DNA of 64,000 nucleotides from a virus, in the IMG/VR virus record IMGVR_UViG_3300006339_000005, positions 32,001-96,000 of that record, one strand, 5' to 3'. The notes under the pieces were generated by a model that was given only the letters and a program-made list of their open reading frames with translations, had not been told where the DNA came from and made no database searches. Positions 38,387-48,053 of this stretch are shown here, piece by piece. Each line of letters starts with the position of its first letter. The first letter of the stretch is position 1. The position numbers and the translations under genes were made by a program.

Positions 38387-39016
38387 ATGAGCATTTCGAC
38401 ATTATCAAAACTTACAGTACCTTTAGATTCAAGTGCATCAGCGTCGAATCAAGGGCTGTTAATGCCGAAACTCCAATATCGCTTTAGGGTGACATTGGAA
38501 AATTTCGGAGTATCAACGCCAACAACAGAGTTGACTAAACAGGTAGTTGATATAACAAGACCTAACGTGTCTTTTGAACAGATCACCGTAGACGTGTATA
38601 ACTCTAAAGTATTCCTAGCAGGAAAACATACTTGGGAGCCAATTACACTTAATTTACGTGAAGATGTTTCAAATAACGTACAAAAATTAGTTGGTGAACA
38701 ACTACAGAAACAATTTGATTTCTTTGAACAATCAAGTGCGGCTTCAGGAAGCGATTACAAATTCGTAACTAGAATTGAAATTTTAGACGGTGGTAATGGT
38801 GCAAATGCGGCAGGTGTACTTGAAACATTCGAACTTTATGGTTGTTATTGTGAAAGTGCTAACTACAATACATTAGCATACGCAACAAACGATCCAGTAA
38901 CAGTTGCATTATCAATTAGATATGATAACGCAATACAAACACCACAAGGTACAGGTATTGGTACAGCAGTTGGTAGAGCAGTTAATACTGCTATTACTGG
39001 TGGTGGATCTTCATAA
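38387..39016 (+). CDS. Tail tube protein (T4 gp19-like)
   Basis: Follows the sheath; PKLQYRFRV, AGKHTWEPI, FELYGC, IRYDNA. Confidence 0.88.
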   Translation: MSISTLSKLTVPLDSSASASNQGLLMPKLQYRFRVTLENFGVSTPTTELTKQVVDITRPNVSFEQITVDVYNSKVFLAGKHTWEPITLNLREDVSNNVQKLVGEQLQKQFDFFEQSSAASGSDYKFVTRIEILDGGNGANAAGVLETFELYGCYCESANYNTLAYATNDPVTVALSIRYDNAIQTPQGTGIGTAVGRAVNTAITGGGSS

Positions 39017-39045
39017 TATAATACCACAATATAATATTTCCGAGT

Positions 39046-39080
39046 AAAGGGGGGTCTTTTTAGGCCCCTTTTTTCTTTTT
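39046..39080 (+). terminator. Rho-independent terminator after the tube gene
   Basis: AAAGGGGGGTC-TTTTTA-GGCCCCTTT followed by a T tract. Confidence 0.85.
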
Positions 39081-39114
39081 AAATACCCACTTATTTTCCT
39101 AGATAAATAATAGT

Positions 39115-40500
39115 ATGGCATTCAAATTTAAAGGATTTTTAGATAACTTATTAGGAGGGGCTACAAACCCTAAGGGTAACCTTGCTGACTGGGCCCACGC
39201 ACGAGCATTATATACTAATGACGATCATCGTCTTGCTCCTAAACAGAAGTTTCTATACCATGTAACTTTTAATTTAAGTCCTGTAGCAGTTAAAGTAATT
39301 CCAGAAATACAAACAAGAGAAATTAATATGCTTGTTAAATCTGTAGACTTGCCCAAGTATAATATAACAACTAACTTAAAACACCAATACAATCAAAAAC
39401 GTAATTTACAAACAAGATTAGATTATGATCCTATTAATATAACTTTCCATGATGACAACTTTGGTCAAACAACTGGGATGTGGGAAGCATATTATAAGTA
39501 TTATTTCAAAGACGGAAATTATGGAAGAACTGCTGGTGGGCATCCAGAAGGTCGTGCCGCCGCTTATAATAGAGGGAATACATATCTAGGTGAAACATTA
39601 AACGGTTTTCGTTATGGTATGGACAATGACAGTTACTATAACTTTTTTGAAAGTATTCAAATTTGGCAAATGTCTAGACGAAGATATACTTGTTTTACAT
39701 TAGTTAATCCATTGATTCAAAGTTGGCAACATGATACAATGGAAAACTCTGCAAGTGATCCTGTACAAAGTACAATGCAAGTTTTATACGAAACTGTATG
39801 GTACGGTCGCGGAGCAGTTACAGATAATATAGCACCTAAGGGATTCGGATCAGAATCGGGACACTATGATACAACTCCAAGTCCACTAACAATAGAAGGT
39901 GGAGGTACATCTAGTTTCTTTGGTCAAGGCGGTGTAGCAGAAGGTGGATTAGGTGTACTTGGAGACATTACAAGTGGAAATGCATTTAAAAGTCCAACTT
40001 CTTTTCTTGGTACTGTACTTAAAGGTGCAAACGTTTTTAAAAATGCAAAAAGTTTATCACGTGGTGGCTTACGTGAAGAAGGATTTAATATTTTAAAAGG
40101 AGCAATTGGTGGTGTTGGAAATGTTAATATTGTTGGTGGTGTTGCAAATACTCTTTTCCCGAAAAGTTCAGGAAGTTTTGGTGTTGCAAGTACTCTTACA
40201 AAAGCAATACCCGGAATAGCAATTGCTAGTAAATTATTAGGTTCGGGTCAAACTTCATCAATTGCTGAAATAGGGCTTAACTTGGTTAAAAATCCAGTCA
40301 ATCTAAATGCGTTCACTTTAATTGCAAACCAGGCACAAGGTATGAAGAAACTATTGAACGACGGGGCATCGCCAATAATACAAAATCTTACTGATGTTTT
40401 TAACGCTCAACCAGAAGCAGTTAAAAATACCGCAAATAACGAAACGCTTAACCAACTTGAAACGTTAAGCAGACAACATCCAAACCTAACGTTTACATAA
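39115..40500 (+). CDS. Tube-fold baseplate/tail-tube initiator protein (gp48/gp54-like)
   Basis: VKSVDLPKY, YDPINITFHDDN, CFTLVNP.I, V.YE tube-family motifs plus a Gly-rich tail. Confidence 0.6.
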   Translation: MAFKFKGFLDNLLGGATNPKGNLADWAHARALYTNDDHRLAPKQKFLYHVTFNLSPVAVKVIPEIQTREINMLVKSVDLPKYNITTNLKHQYNQKRNLQTRLDYDPINITFHDDNFGQTTGMWEAYYKYYFKDGNYGRTAGGHPEGRAAAYNRGNTYLGETLNGFRYGMDNDSYYNFFESIQIWQMSRRRYTCFTLVNPLIQSWQHDTMENSASDPVQSTMQVLYETVWYGRGAVTDNIAPKGFGSESGHYDTTPSPLTIEGGGTSSFFGQGGVAEGGLGVLGDITSGNAFKSPTSFLGTVLKGANVFKNAKSLSRGGLREEGFNILKGAIGGVGNVNIVGGVANTLFPKSSGSFGVASTLTKAIPGIAIASKLLGSGQTSSIAEIGLNLVKNPVNLNAFTLIANQAQGMKKLLNDGASPIIQNLTDVFNAQPEAVKNTANNETLNQLETLSRQHPNLTFT

Positions 40501-40510
40501 GGAAAAAGAT

Positions 40511-40903
40511 ATGCCAATAGTAACACCAAATCCACAACCAACTAACTTACCAAGAATTGATAAGAATGATTCTGCACAAGAAGTAAAAAACTTTTTAGAT
40601 CAATATTTTACTGCTTCTATTAGTTTTCCAACGAACCAAGTTGATGCAGTTATTGGCTTTTTTGAAAATAAAGGATTTGATAAAGTTAGTTCACAAACAA
40701 TCGGTACTATTCTTATGCAACAAGCTAGAATAGACGATATTAATGTATTTGAATTAATAGATACACTTAAAGGTTATGATAATCTTGAATTAAGTGGAAT
40801 TGTGACTGAAGTATTAAATTATAATCGATCAAAAATTAGTACTCTAGGGTATAAAGTAGATACATCTGTTAATAAACTAGAGACAAGAAACGTATTGGTA
40901 TGA
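40511..40903 (+). CDS. Conserved hypothetical protein (130 aa)
   Basis: SD AAGGA; clean ORF in the tail operon. Confidence 0.55.
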   Translation: MPIVTPNPQPTNLPRIDKNDSAQEVKNFLDQYFTASISFPTNQVDAVIGFFENKGFDKVSSQTIGTILMQQARIDDINVFELIDTLKGYDNLELSGIVTEVLNYNRSKISTLGYKVDTSVNKLETRNVLV

Positions 40904-40904
40904 T

Positions 40905-41348
40905 ATGCCTAAGTTCGCCCAAGGACGTTATACGTTAAAAAATGATAACAAGTACCTAGGTAGAAAAACTCCTTTATATAGATCAAGTTGGGAATTTGCT
41001 TTCATGCGTTTTTGTGATGAAAGTCCTTCAGTAGCAAAGTGGGCCAGTGAGTCAATTAGAATTCCTTACAAAGATCCCTTAACAGGAAAACTTACAATTT
41101 ATGTTCCTGATTTTATGATTCAATATACTGATGCTAAAGGCAAAGGTCATGTTGAGGTAGTAGAAGTTAAACCCCAAAATCAAATGACTAAAGAAGGTGC
41201 TGGGCGAGACAAATATAAACAAGCCCAATATGTAAGAAATATGGCCAAATGGGAAGCCGCAAGAGCTTGGTGTAATCAACGTAAAATTTTTTTTCGTGTA
41301 ATTAACGAAAATGACATATTCCATAAGCCAAAAGCGAAGCGTAAATAA
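40905..41348 (+). CDS. Head completion nuclease (T4 gp4-like, TnsA fold)
   Basis: YRSSWE..FM.FCD, WASE..IPY, Y.PDF, EVKP..Q, N.AKW.AA..WC, F.VI.E. Confidence 0.9.
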   Translation: MPKFAQGRYTLKNDNKYLGRKTPLYRSSWEFAFMRFCDESPSVAKWASESIRIPYKDPLTGKLTIYVPDFMIQYTDAKGKGHVEVVEVKPQNQMTKEGAGRDKYKQAQYVRNMAKWEAARAWCNQRKIFFRVINENDIFHKPKAKRK

Positions 41349-41362
41349 CGATAAATATCAAC

Positions 41363-41851
41363 ATGACACAGAAATTAGAAGAATTATTAAACTTACCTGA
41401 GTCTAAAGAGATTATAGACGAAGCGAAAAAGAAAGCAAAAGCTGAAGCAAAACAGGAACAAAAAGAAACGTTCCGTGAAATAGCTGAATTTGATAAAATT
41501 ACATCCGCTTTACCTCAAGTAAAAGGACTAGGTCAATTAGCAGATACAGAACTTAATGAAGTTGCTGATAAAGCCATGTCAGCTTATGAAGATTTAATGG
41601 ATCTAGGGATGAACGTCGAATCACGCTACTCAGGTCGTGTATTTGAAGTAGCTGGCCAGATGCTTAAAACTAGCCTTGATGCTAAAAATGTTAAGCTAGA
41701 TAAGAAGCTAAAAATGGTTGAATTACAGCTCAGAAAAGAAAAAATGGATCGTGAAAGCACTATAGATGAGGGCAATCTAGTAAATGGTGAGGGATACGTT
41801 GTTACAGATCGCAATAGTCTACTAGAAAAACTAAAGAAGATAGATAAATAA
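41363..41851 (+). CDS. Putative terminase small subunit (gp16-like)
   Basis: Helical; SGRVFEVAGQML resembles gp16 SPRHMEVFATLM; upstream of the large subunit. Confidence 0.45.
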   Translation: MTQKLEELLNLPESKEIIDEAKKKAKAEAKQEQKETFREIAEFDKITSALPQVKGLGQLADTELNEVADKAMSAYEDLMDLGMNVESRYSGRVFEVAGQMLKTSLDAKNVKLDKKLKMVELQLRKEKMDRESTIDEGNLVNGEGYVVTDRNSLLEKLKKIDK

Positions 41852-41873
41852 CATTATAACGGGAAACAAAGTC

Positions 41874-42446
41874 ATGAGTAAAACATTTGTTGAACATCTA
41901 AATGAAGCAAAAAAGACGTATTCTTTTAAGGTAGGAATTGCGGGTGATTTACCTGCTAATTATCCGGATCAGCTAGAAGAAGCACTACAAAAATTTAAAG
42001 TAGAAAATATGAGCCCAGGTAAGAAAACACCTATCCAAGAACGTCCATTAGATTTTCCACAATTACAAAACACCCATGTTCACTACTATGACGTTGAACT
42101 AGCTTACCCAACAACACCACAAGTACTCCAACAGTACATAGCAATGAACTGTGGAATTCATGAGTCTTATGTTATTGTTAGAGGTGAAGGTGCACCTCAA
42201 GAAGAGTATCAAGATAAAACAAACTATGATAAAGTTTATACTCCTAGCCTAGGTACAGATTTAACAGATGCGGAAGCAGATGCACAAAAGAAAGTAGCAG
42301 GTAATAGGACTATGGACTTATTAAAAGAACTTGAAGGCGTTCGTGCAGAACGTGAAAATAAACAAGTTCCTGATGGTATAAGTGATACAGAACAAAAACA
42401 TGATATGGGCGAGCCAGGGAAAACAAGTCCTGTAGGGAGCAAATAA
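41874..42446 (+). CDS. Hypothetical protein, possible internal head protein
   Basis: Late promoter; N-terminal F..HLNE pattern typical of gp21-processed proteins. Confidence 0.45.
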   Translation: MSKTFVEHLNEAKKTYSFKVGIAGDLPANYPDQLEEALQKFKVENMSPGKKTPIQERPLDFPQLQNTHVHYYDVELAYPTTPQVLQQYIAMNCGIHESYVIVRGEGAPQEEYQDKTNYDKVYTPSLGTDLTDAEADAQKKVAGNRTMDLLKELEGVRAERENKQVPDGISDTEQKHDMGEPGKTSPVGSK

Positions 42447-43447
42447 TGAAACTAGACGATGTTTATAAAAAAATAGATTCACTTAATGATACTCAAACGA
42501 AGGAATTAAATGAGATTGCTTCTATGAATATTTCAATGAGTGGAGATACTGCTGATGACGTAGGCAAACTTATGCAGATGATGAAACTTGCCGGCTTGAA
42601 CGACGCAGGACCAATTGGTCCAGAAATTTCAAGTCCAACAGATTGCGGGAAACCAGTTGGTGGTGATATGCCAGTAAACCCAGTACCCGGTGATGTAGAA
42701 AAATTTAGAGCACATCAAACAGACGATCCAAATATTCCTGGACAAGATGATGTTGCAGGTGATCAAGACTTAAACGCAGGACCAATCGGAGCATTGATTG
42801 GTGCAGGTTTAGGAGCTGGAGCGGCTAAATTAGGTGGGCTTGGAACAGGTGCAACTATCGGATCAGGATTAGCTGGTGCCTATGTTGGCGATAAAGCAAC
42901 TGATGATGAAAGTCTTAATGCATCAACACAAGACGATCCAAGATCGGAACTAGAAAAATTCCGTGATATTATCGACGCAGGTAATAGCGAAGAAACAGAA
43001 GACCACGGATCGAACAGTGATAGTTTCTTAACTAAAATTGCTACTAGCAATGATAGTCATGAATTAATAGATCAAGGCATGAGAGGAAACCATGGTCCTG
43101 AGATTGAACAAGCATTACAAGATATGTACAATAACGTTTCAGCTGAGCATGGTTTACATCCAGATGATGACCATGAAGCAATTTACGATCGAATGGCCGA
43201 CGATATCGAAAGTGGGTATGGTCCTAAAGAAACAGACTATGCTAATCAACCAGACGAAAAGTATGGCGACACAAAACTTATGACTAAAGATTTAGCAGGC
43301 GGACTAAACGGTCCTAAGCAATCTTATCCAAAAGTAGCAGGCGGTGATAACCCAATGTCAATTCGAGCAGAATTAACTCGTTTAGAAAATGACATTAAAG
43401 GTAAACTGTCGGCTGAGTTAAAAGAAAAATTAAGCGGAGATAAGTAA
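42446..43447 (+). CDS. Acidic hypothetical protein with a glycine-zipper segment
   Basis: Very acidic; AGPIGALIGAGLGAGAAKLGGLGTGATIGSGLAGAYVG. Confidence 0.5.
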   Translation: MKLDDVYKKIDSLNDTQTKELNEIASMNISMSGDTADDVGKLMQMMKLAGLNDAGPIGPEISSPTDCGKPVGGDMPVNPVPGDVEKFRAHQTDDPNIPGQDDVAGDQDLNAGPIGALIGAGLGAGAAKLGGLGTGATIGSGLAGAYVGDKATDDESLNASTQDDPRSELEKFRDIIDAGNSEETEDHGSNSDSFLTKIATSNDSHELIDQGMRGNHGPEIEQALQDMYNNVSAEHGLHPDDDHEAIYDRMADDIESGYGPKETDYANQPDEKYGDTKLMTKDLAGGLNGPKQSYPKVAGGDNPMSIRAELTRLENDIKGKLSAELKEKLSGDK

Positions 43448-43800
43448 TGGCAGGCGTAACACGAGTTAACGGACTAGGCGTAACAGTTGGTACTTTATAT
43501 CAACACAACGTTAAAGGTTTTTTAGTAACTGTAAAAAATGTTGGCGGTACAGCAATTGATTTAAGAGCAGAAGATGATGCTGTTGATGAAGCTGGCGAAG
43601 TAGTTATTAAAGAAGTTAATCCTTTAATGTATCAATTAGTTGATGCTAACACTGGAATTATTTACATAGTTACAGATGCGGCACTTACAGCGGCAGATAT
43701 TCAAGCAAGACTACGTGCTTATGAAACAGTTGTAGGACCTAATAACGTTGATATTTCAGGTACTACTGTAGCAGACGTAACCGGCATAACATTAACATAA
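43447..43800 (+). CDS. Hypothetical protein (117 aa), possible capsid decoration
   Basis: Overlapping stop/start; followed by a terminator. Confidence 0.45.
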   Translation: MAGVTRVNGLGVTVGTLYQHNVKGFLVTVKNVGGTAIDLRAEDDAVDEAGEVVIKEVNPLMYQLVDANTGIIYIVTDAALTAADIQARLRAYETVVGPNNVDISGTTVADVTGITLT

Positions 43801-43836
43801 TAATATAAACAATATTTCCTCCCATATTGTAAAATC

Positions 43837-43862
43837 AAATAGGGCCTTTAGGCCCTATTTTT
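43837..43862 (+). terminator. Rho-independent terminator
   Basis: AAATAGGGCC-TTTA-GGCCCTATTT then TT. Confidence 0.88.
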
Positions 43863-43880
43863 GCCAATAAATACGTTATC

Positions 43881-45476
43881 ATGAGTATAAAAAGTCTAGA
43901 CGGTGTTCTTACTAAGAAGGCTCACACACGTGAGTCGTTTAATGAACAACAAATAAAAGATATTAAAAACTGTATGGATGAAGAAACTGGGTTTCTTTAT
44001 TTTTCAGAATACTTCTATAACATTCAACATCCTGTTGAAGGTAAATTATTATTTAAACCATACGACTATCAAATAAAACTCATGCAGGCATATCATGAGC
44101 ATAGGTTTAATGTTAATATGCTACCACGTCAAAGTGGTAAAACAACTTGTGCTTCTGCATACCTTTTATGGTTTGCTATGTTTCATCCTGATCAAACAAT
44201 ATTAATTGCCGCACATAAATTTGCTGGCGCTCAAGAAATTATGCAACGTGTTCGATATGGATATGAATTATGTCCTGATCATATACGTGCAGGTGTAACA
44301 AACTATAATAAAGGTTCAATGGAATTTGAAAACGGTAGTAGATTAGTAAGTGCTACGACGACAGGAAATACAGGACGTGGTATGTCTATATCTTTATTAT
44401 ACTGTGATGAGTTTGCATTTGTTAATCCTAGTATTGCAGACGAGTTTTGGACTTCAATGTCACCTACATTAGCAACAGGTGGTCGTGCAATTATTACTTC
44501 AACACCTAATTCAGATGAAGATACATTTGCAATTATATGGAAAGAATCACAAAACAAATTTGATGAAAATGGACTTGAACAAGCAGTAGGTATTAATGGC
44601 TTTCATGGCTTTACAGCTAATTGGGACGAACATCCTGATAGAGATGAACAATGGGCTAAAGACGAAGTTGGTCGTATTGGTGAAGAAAGATTTAGACGTG
44701 AGTACGGTTGCGAATTTTTAGTTTATGATGAAACATTAATTAATGCAATTAAATTATCTACATTAGAAGGAATGAATCCTGTACTTAATATGGGTCAAAC
44801 CCGTTGGTACGGTAAACCAACTGGAGATAAAACGTATGTAGTTTCTTTAGATCCTGCTATGGGTACTGGTGGCGATTTCGCGGCTATTCAAGTAATTGAA
44901 TTACCTACATATAATCAAATTGCAGAATGGCGACATAATACAACACCTATACCTACACAAATTAGAATTATGAAAGATATTTGTAATTATATTAAAGAAA
45001 CGTGTAATACTGATGGGCAAAATATTTACTGGAGTGTAGAAAACAACGCTATTGGTGAAGCCGCACTTATTGTTATTAATGACTTTGGTGAAGAGAATAT
45101 ACCAGGAATGTTTGTTAATGAACCTATTAAAAAAGGACATATACGTAAATTCCGCAAAGGATTTAATACTACTCATATTAGTAAAGTAAGTGCTTGTGCT
45201 AAACTAAAAACTATGATAGAAAACGATCGTATGAAGGTAAACAGCAAATTACTAATTACTGAGCTTAAAGGCTTTGTTGCGGCTGGTTCTAGTTATAAGG
45301 CAAAACCTGGTGAAACTGACGATTTAGTTATGTCCGCTTTATTAAGTATGCGTATGATTAGCGTGATGAAAATGTGGGATCCAAGAGTATACGATACATT
45401 TAATCAAGCTGATGAGGATCCTGATGAAGATTTTGTACCGCCTATGCCAATCATGGTTAGTACTCAATACAGATAA
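43881..45476 (+). CDS. Terminase large subunit (T4 gp17-like)
   Basis: PRQSGKTT Walker A, LLYCDEFAF Walker B, ITSTPNS, F.REY.CEF, DPA.G.GGDF, E.N, TDDLVM. Confidence 0.96.
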   Translation: MSIKSLDGVLTKKAHTRESFNEQQIKDIKNCMDEETGFLYFSEYFYNIQHPVEGKLLFKPYDYQIKLMQAYHEHRFNVNMLPRQSGKTTCASAYLLWFAMFHPDQTILIAAHKFAGAQEIMQRVRYGYELCPDHIRAGVTNYNKGSMEFENGSRLVSATTTGNTGRGMSISLLYCDEFAFVNPSIADEFWTSMSPTLATGGRAIITSTPNSDEDTFAIIWKESQNKFDENGLEQAVGINGFHGFTANWDEHPDRDEQWAKDEVGRIGEERFRREYGCEFLVYDETLINAIKLSTLEGMNPVLNMGQTRWYGKPTGDKTYVVSLDPAMGTGGDFAAIQVIELPTYNQIAEWRHNTTPIPTQIRIMKDICNYIKETCNTDGQNIYWSVENNAIGEAALIVINDFGEENIPGMFVNEPIKKGHIRKFRKGFNTTHISKVSACAKLKTMIENDRMKVNSKLLITELKGFVAAGSSYKAKPGETDDLVMSALLSMRMISVMKMWDPRVYDTFNQADEDPDEDFVPPMPIMVSTQYR

Positions 45477-45484
45477 ATAATAAC

Positions 45485-47932
45485 ATGAGCACAATGGATA
45501 AAATATCAGAGAATTTGTTTGCTAAAATTAGGGGTCGATTCCCCTCAATTACATTGGGTGATGCTACTGGCGTAGTAACAGATGACCCCAAATTAGCTAG
45601 ATATTTTGATTTTGATTTCAAAGATGGTGAAGAAATATTAGGAAAAGTAAGTATAACACTTAATGAAGAAGCTGGCGTAGTAATAACGTATAATAACGAT
45701 TTTATAACTAACGAAGCAGATGATGTTAAAGATAACTGGTACAATTTTTTAAGAGAAATAAGAGTGTTTGCTAAGAAAAATATGCTAAATTTTGATACAC
45801 GTGATATTACAAAATCAAATCTCGATAAACGAGACTATGCCCACTTAACTAAAACTAGCTCCGGAGACAACACAATGAGTGAATCTACAATGTACGGGAC
45901 GAGTCGAACAAGCTATGAAGATGTCGATAAAGCTCGTTTAGTACTGAAACACAATCAACCAGTTAATTTAGAAATACCTGGGTCAAGAACACAACACGTT
46001 CATAGCATTTATATTGAAAGCGACAACGGTGAAAGATATCGATACCCATATAGACACTTAAATGGTGCAAGAGCATTAGCACGTCACGTCTCCGAAGGTG
46101 GTAATCTCTATGACGATTTTGGTAAACATATTGTTGGGTTAAGTGAAGAATTAGCAAAATTACGTCAGTTTAAAATTTATATGAATCGTTCAGCAGTAAT
46201 GGCAGAAGGACTTAAAGGTTACCTTGATGTTGTTAACGAACGCTTAGAAACAGTCAAAAAAGAATGTTTAAAATTGCAACGTGAAAATTATTATAAAGAC
46301 GCAATTGCAAACTATAAACAAGAAATACTAGAAGATGTTCCAGAAGACGTTAGTAACAGTTGGATTGATGAATTAACTATTAGATCATTTAATGAAGAAT
46401 TAAAAAGTGTATTCCCATACATTTATAAACTTATTAATGATTCTAAAAAAGTTGAGGAGATTGGTCCAGAAAATATAAACAATATTCAAGTAAATGAGTG
46501 GGTACCAGCAGTAATGTGGGGAATTACTACTCTAAGAAACTTGTCTTTGGCAAAGAAAGCATGGCAAGGAATAAAACTAATAGCTAAAGTTTCTGCTAAA
46601 AATCCAGTCAAAGCTACAGTGGCAGGTACAGCGGCGATGAACCCAGGAGCAACAATGGATATTGCAAAGGGAACAGTTGACGTTGCAAAAGGGGCAGGCG
46701 ATCTAGTAGCAAAAGGCGGAGACCTTGCAAATAAGGCAGATGATACTTTAGACATGATTCAAAAAAATGTTGCTCAAGCAGGCAATACAATAGTTACAAA
46801 TGCTAACGACTTAAAAGATATGGCATCAGGTGCCCTTGATAATTTACCAACACTTGATAATATTGCCGACATTGCCAAACAATATGCGGTACCAGCCGCG
46901 GCTGTTATGGCTGTAATTTTTGGTGGATATAAGGTAATACAATGGATATTTGGTGAATCTAATGAATCAATAAAAACTTTTGAAGGATTTGATCCAGAAG
47001 AGTTTGACGATGAAGTAGATGTTGAATGGACTGGAGATGATGGTGAAGTAACAGGTGGAATGTTATATTACCATGCTACAGTTGATAGCGAAAATAATAC
47101 AGTAACAGTTGATCCTAAGTCACTAAGAGGTTCAGTTGATCAAGAACAAAATGCGGCTAAAGTAGATCAAGACTTAATTGATATGCAATTAAAAGATGAT
47201 TGGAAACACTTTCTTGAAATAGCTCAAGACCATGCAGATGACACGTGGAGCCAAAGAGATAACAAATATGCACAAGGTGAAGAAATGAATTTCGATCCAG
47301 TTGCAAGTTATGAAAAAGCTCTTTCTTATATTGTTGGTGAACAAGAAAATGCATTAACAGATGGTTCAGATGAAGATAAAGCACAAGCAGTTGAAAGACT
47401 TAATGGTTTAATGCGAGAGCATTTTCCAGCAGGTGTTAATGGTACAAACGCAATTGAAAGTTTAGCAGGAATAATTGACGATCCAAAATTACAAGAAATG
47501 TTCCGTAAAGTTGGACAAAAAAATTCCGATATTTGTGTAAGACCACTTGTAATGAAATGGATTAAAGCACACGCACCAGATGTACATTCACAAGTTGACG
47601 TAGGTGATATGGAGGCAAAAGAAGCACGACCTTTAGGGCATCCAAAAGACGGCTATTATGATCCAAAAATAATTAAAACAATGCTTAAGAAAAAAGGCGA
47701 CGACGAAGGTAAAAAAGATAATAAAAAACCATCGGAAAAATTAGAAGAGCTAATCAAAAGTTATTATGATTACACAACTAATAGATTTCCAAAAGGCGAA
47801 ACAGCGGTAATGACGGCTGTTGAAAAAGAATTTGGTGAGAGAAGTTTACCATATGCTGAAAGCATGATACAAAAACTATTTCATGGTCAAGATCGTGAAA
47901 TGGAACGTGTAAAACAATTAGCTGGCGTTTAA
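45485..47932 (+). CDS. Large hypothetical protein (815 aa) with an internal hydrophobic/Ala-Gly segment
   Basis: Late promoter; acidic flanks; sits between terL and gp32. Confidence 0.55.
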   Translation: MSTMDKISENLFAKIRGRFPSITLGDATGVVTDDPKLARYFDFDFKDGEEILGKVSITLNEEAGVVITYNNDFITNEADDVKDNWYNFLREIRVFAKKNMLNFDTRDITKSNLDKRDYAHLTKTSSGDNTMSESTMYGTSRTSYEDVDKARLVLKHNQPVNLEIPGSRTQHVHSIYIESDNGERYRYPYRHLNGARALARHVSEGGNLYDDFGKHIVGLSEELAKLRQFKIYMNRSAVMAEGLKGYLDVVNERLETVKKECLKLQRENYYKDAIANYKQEILEDVPEDVSNSWIDELTIRSFNEELKSVFPYIYKLINDSKKVEEIGPENINNIQVNEWVPAVMWGITTLRNLSLAKKAWQGIKLIAKVSAKNPVKATVAGTAAMNPGATMDIAKGTVDVAKGAGDLVAKGGDLANKADDTLDMIQKNVAQAGNTIVTNANDLKDMASGALDNLPTLDNIADIAKQYAVPAAAVMAVIFGGYKVIQWIFGESNESIKTFEGFDPEEFDDEVDVEWTGDDGEVTGGMLYYHATVDSENNTVTVDPKSLRGSVDQEQNAAKVDQDLIDMQLKDDWKHFLEIAQDHADDTWSQRDNKYAQGEEMNFDPVASYEKALSYIVGEQENALTDGSDEDKAQAVERLNGLMREHFPAGVNGTNAIESLAGIIDDPKLQEMFRKVGQKNSDICVRPLVMKWIKAHAPDVHSQVDVGDMEAKEARPLGHPKDGYYDPKIIKTMLKKKGDDEGKKDNKKPSEKLEELIKSYYDYTTNRFPKGETAVMTAVEKEFGERSLPYAESMIQKLFHGQDREMERVKQLAGV

Positions 47933-47957
47933 AACCACTATTTCGGCAACATAGAAC

Positions 47958-47986
47958 TTGACTTACTAAATAAAAGATAGTAGTAT
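47958..47986 (+). promoter_or_regulatory. sigma70-like promoter with an embedded TAAATA, upstream of gp32
   Basis: TTGACT-N17-TAGTAT; TAAATA at 47967-47972. Confidence 0.7.
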
Positions 47987-48053
47987 ATGTAATATGTGCT
48001 ACTGCTTAAAGGCACAAAGCGAAAAAGGCTTAAAATATAAGGAGGCTTAAATT

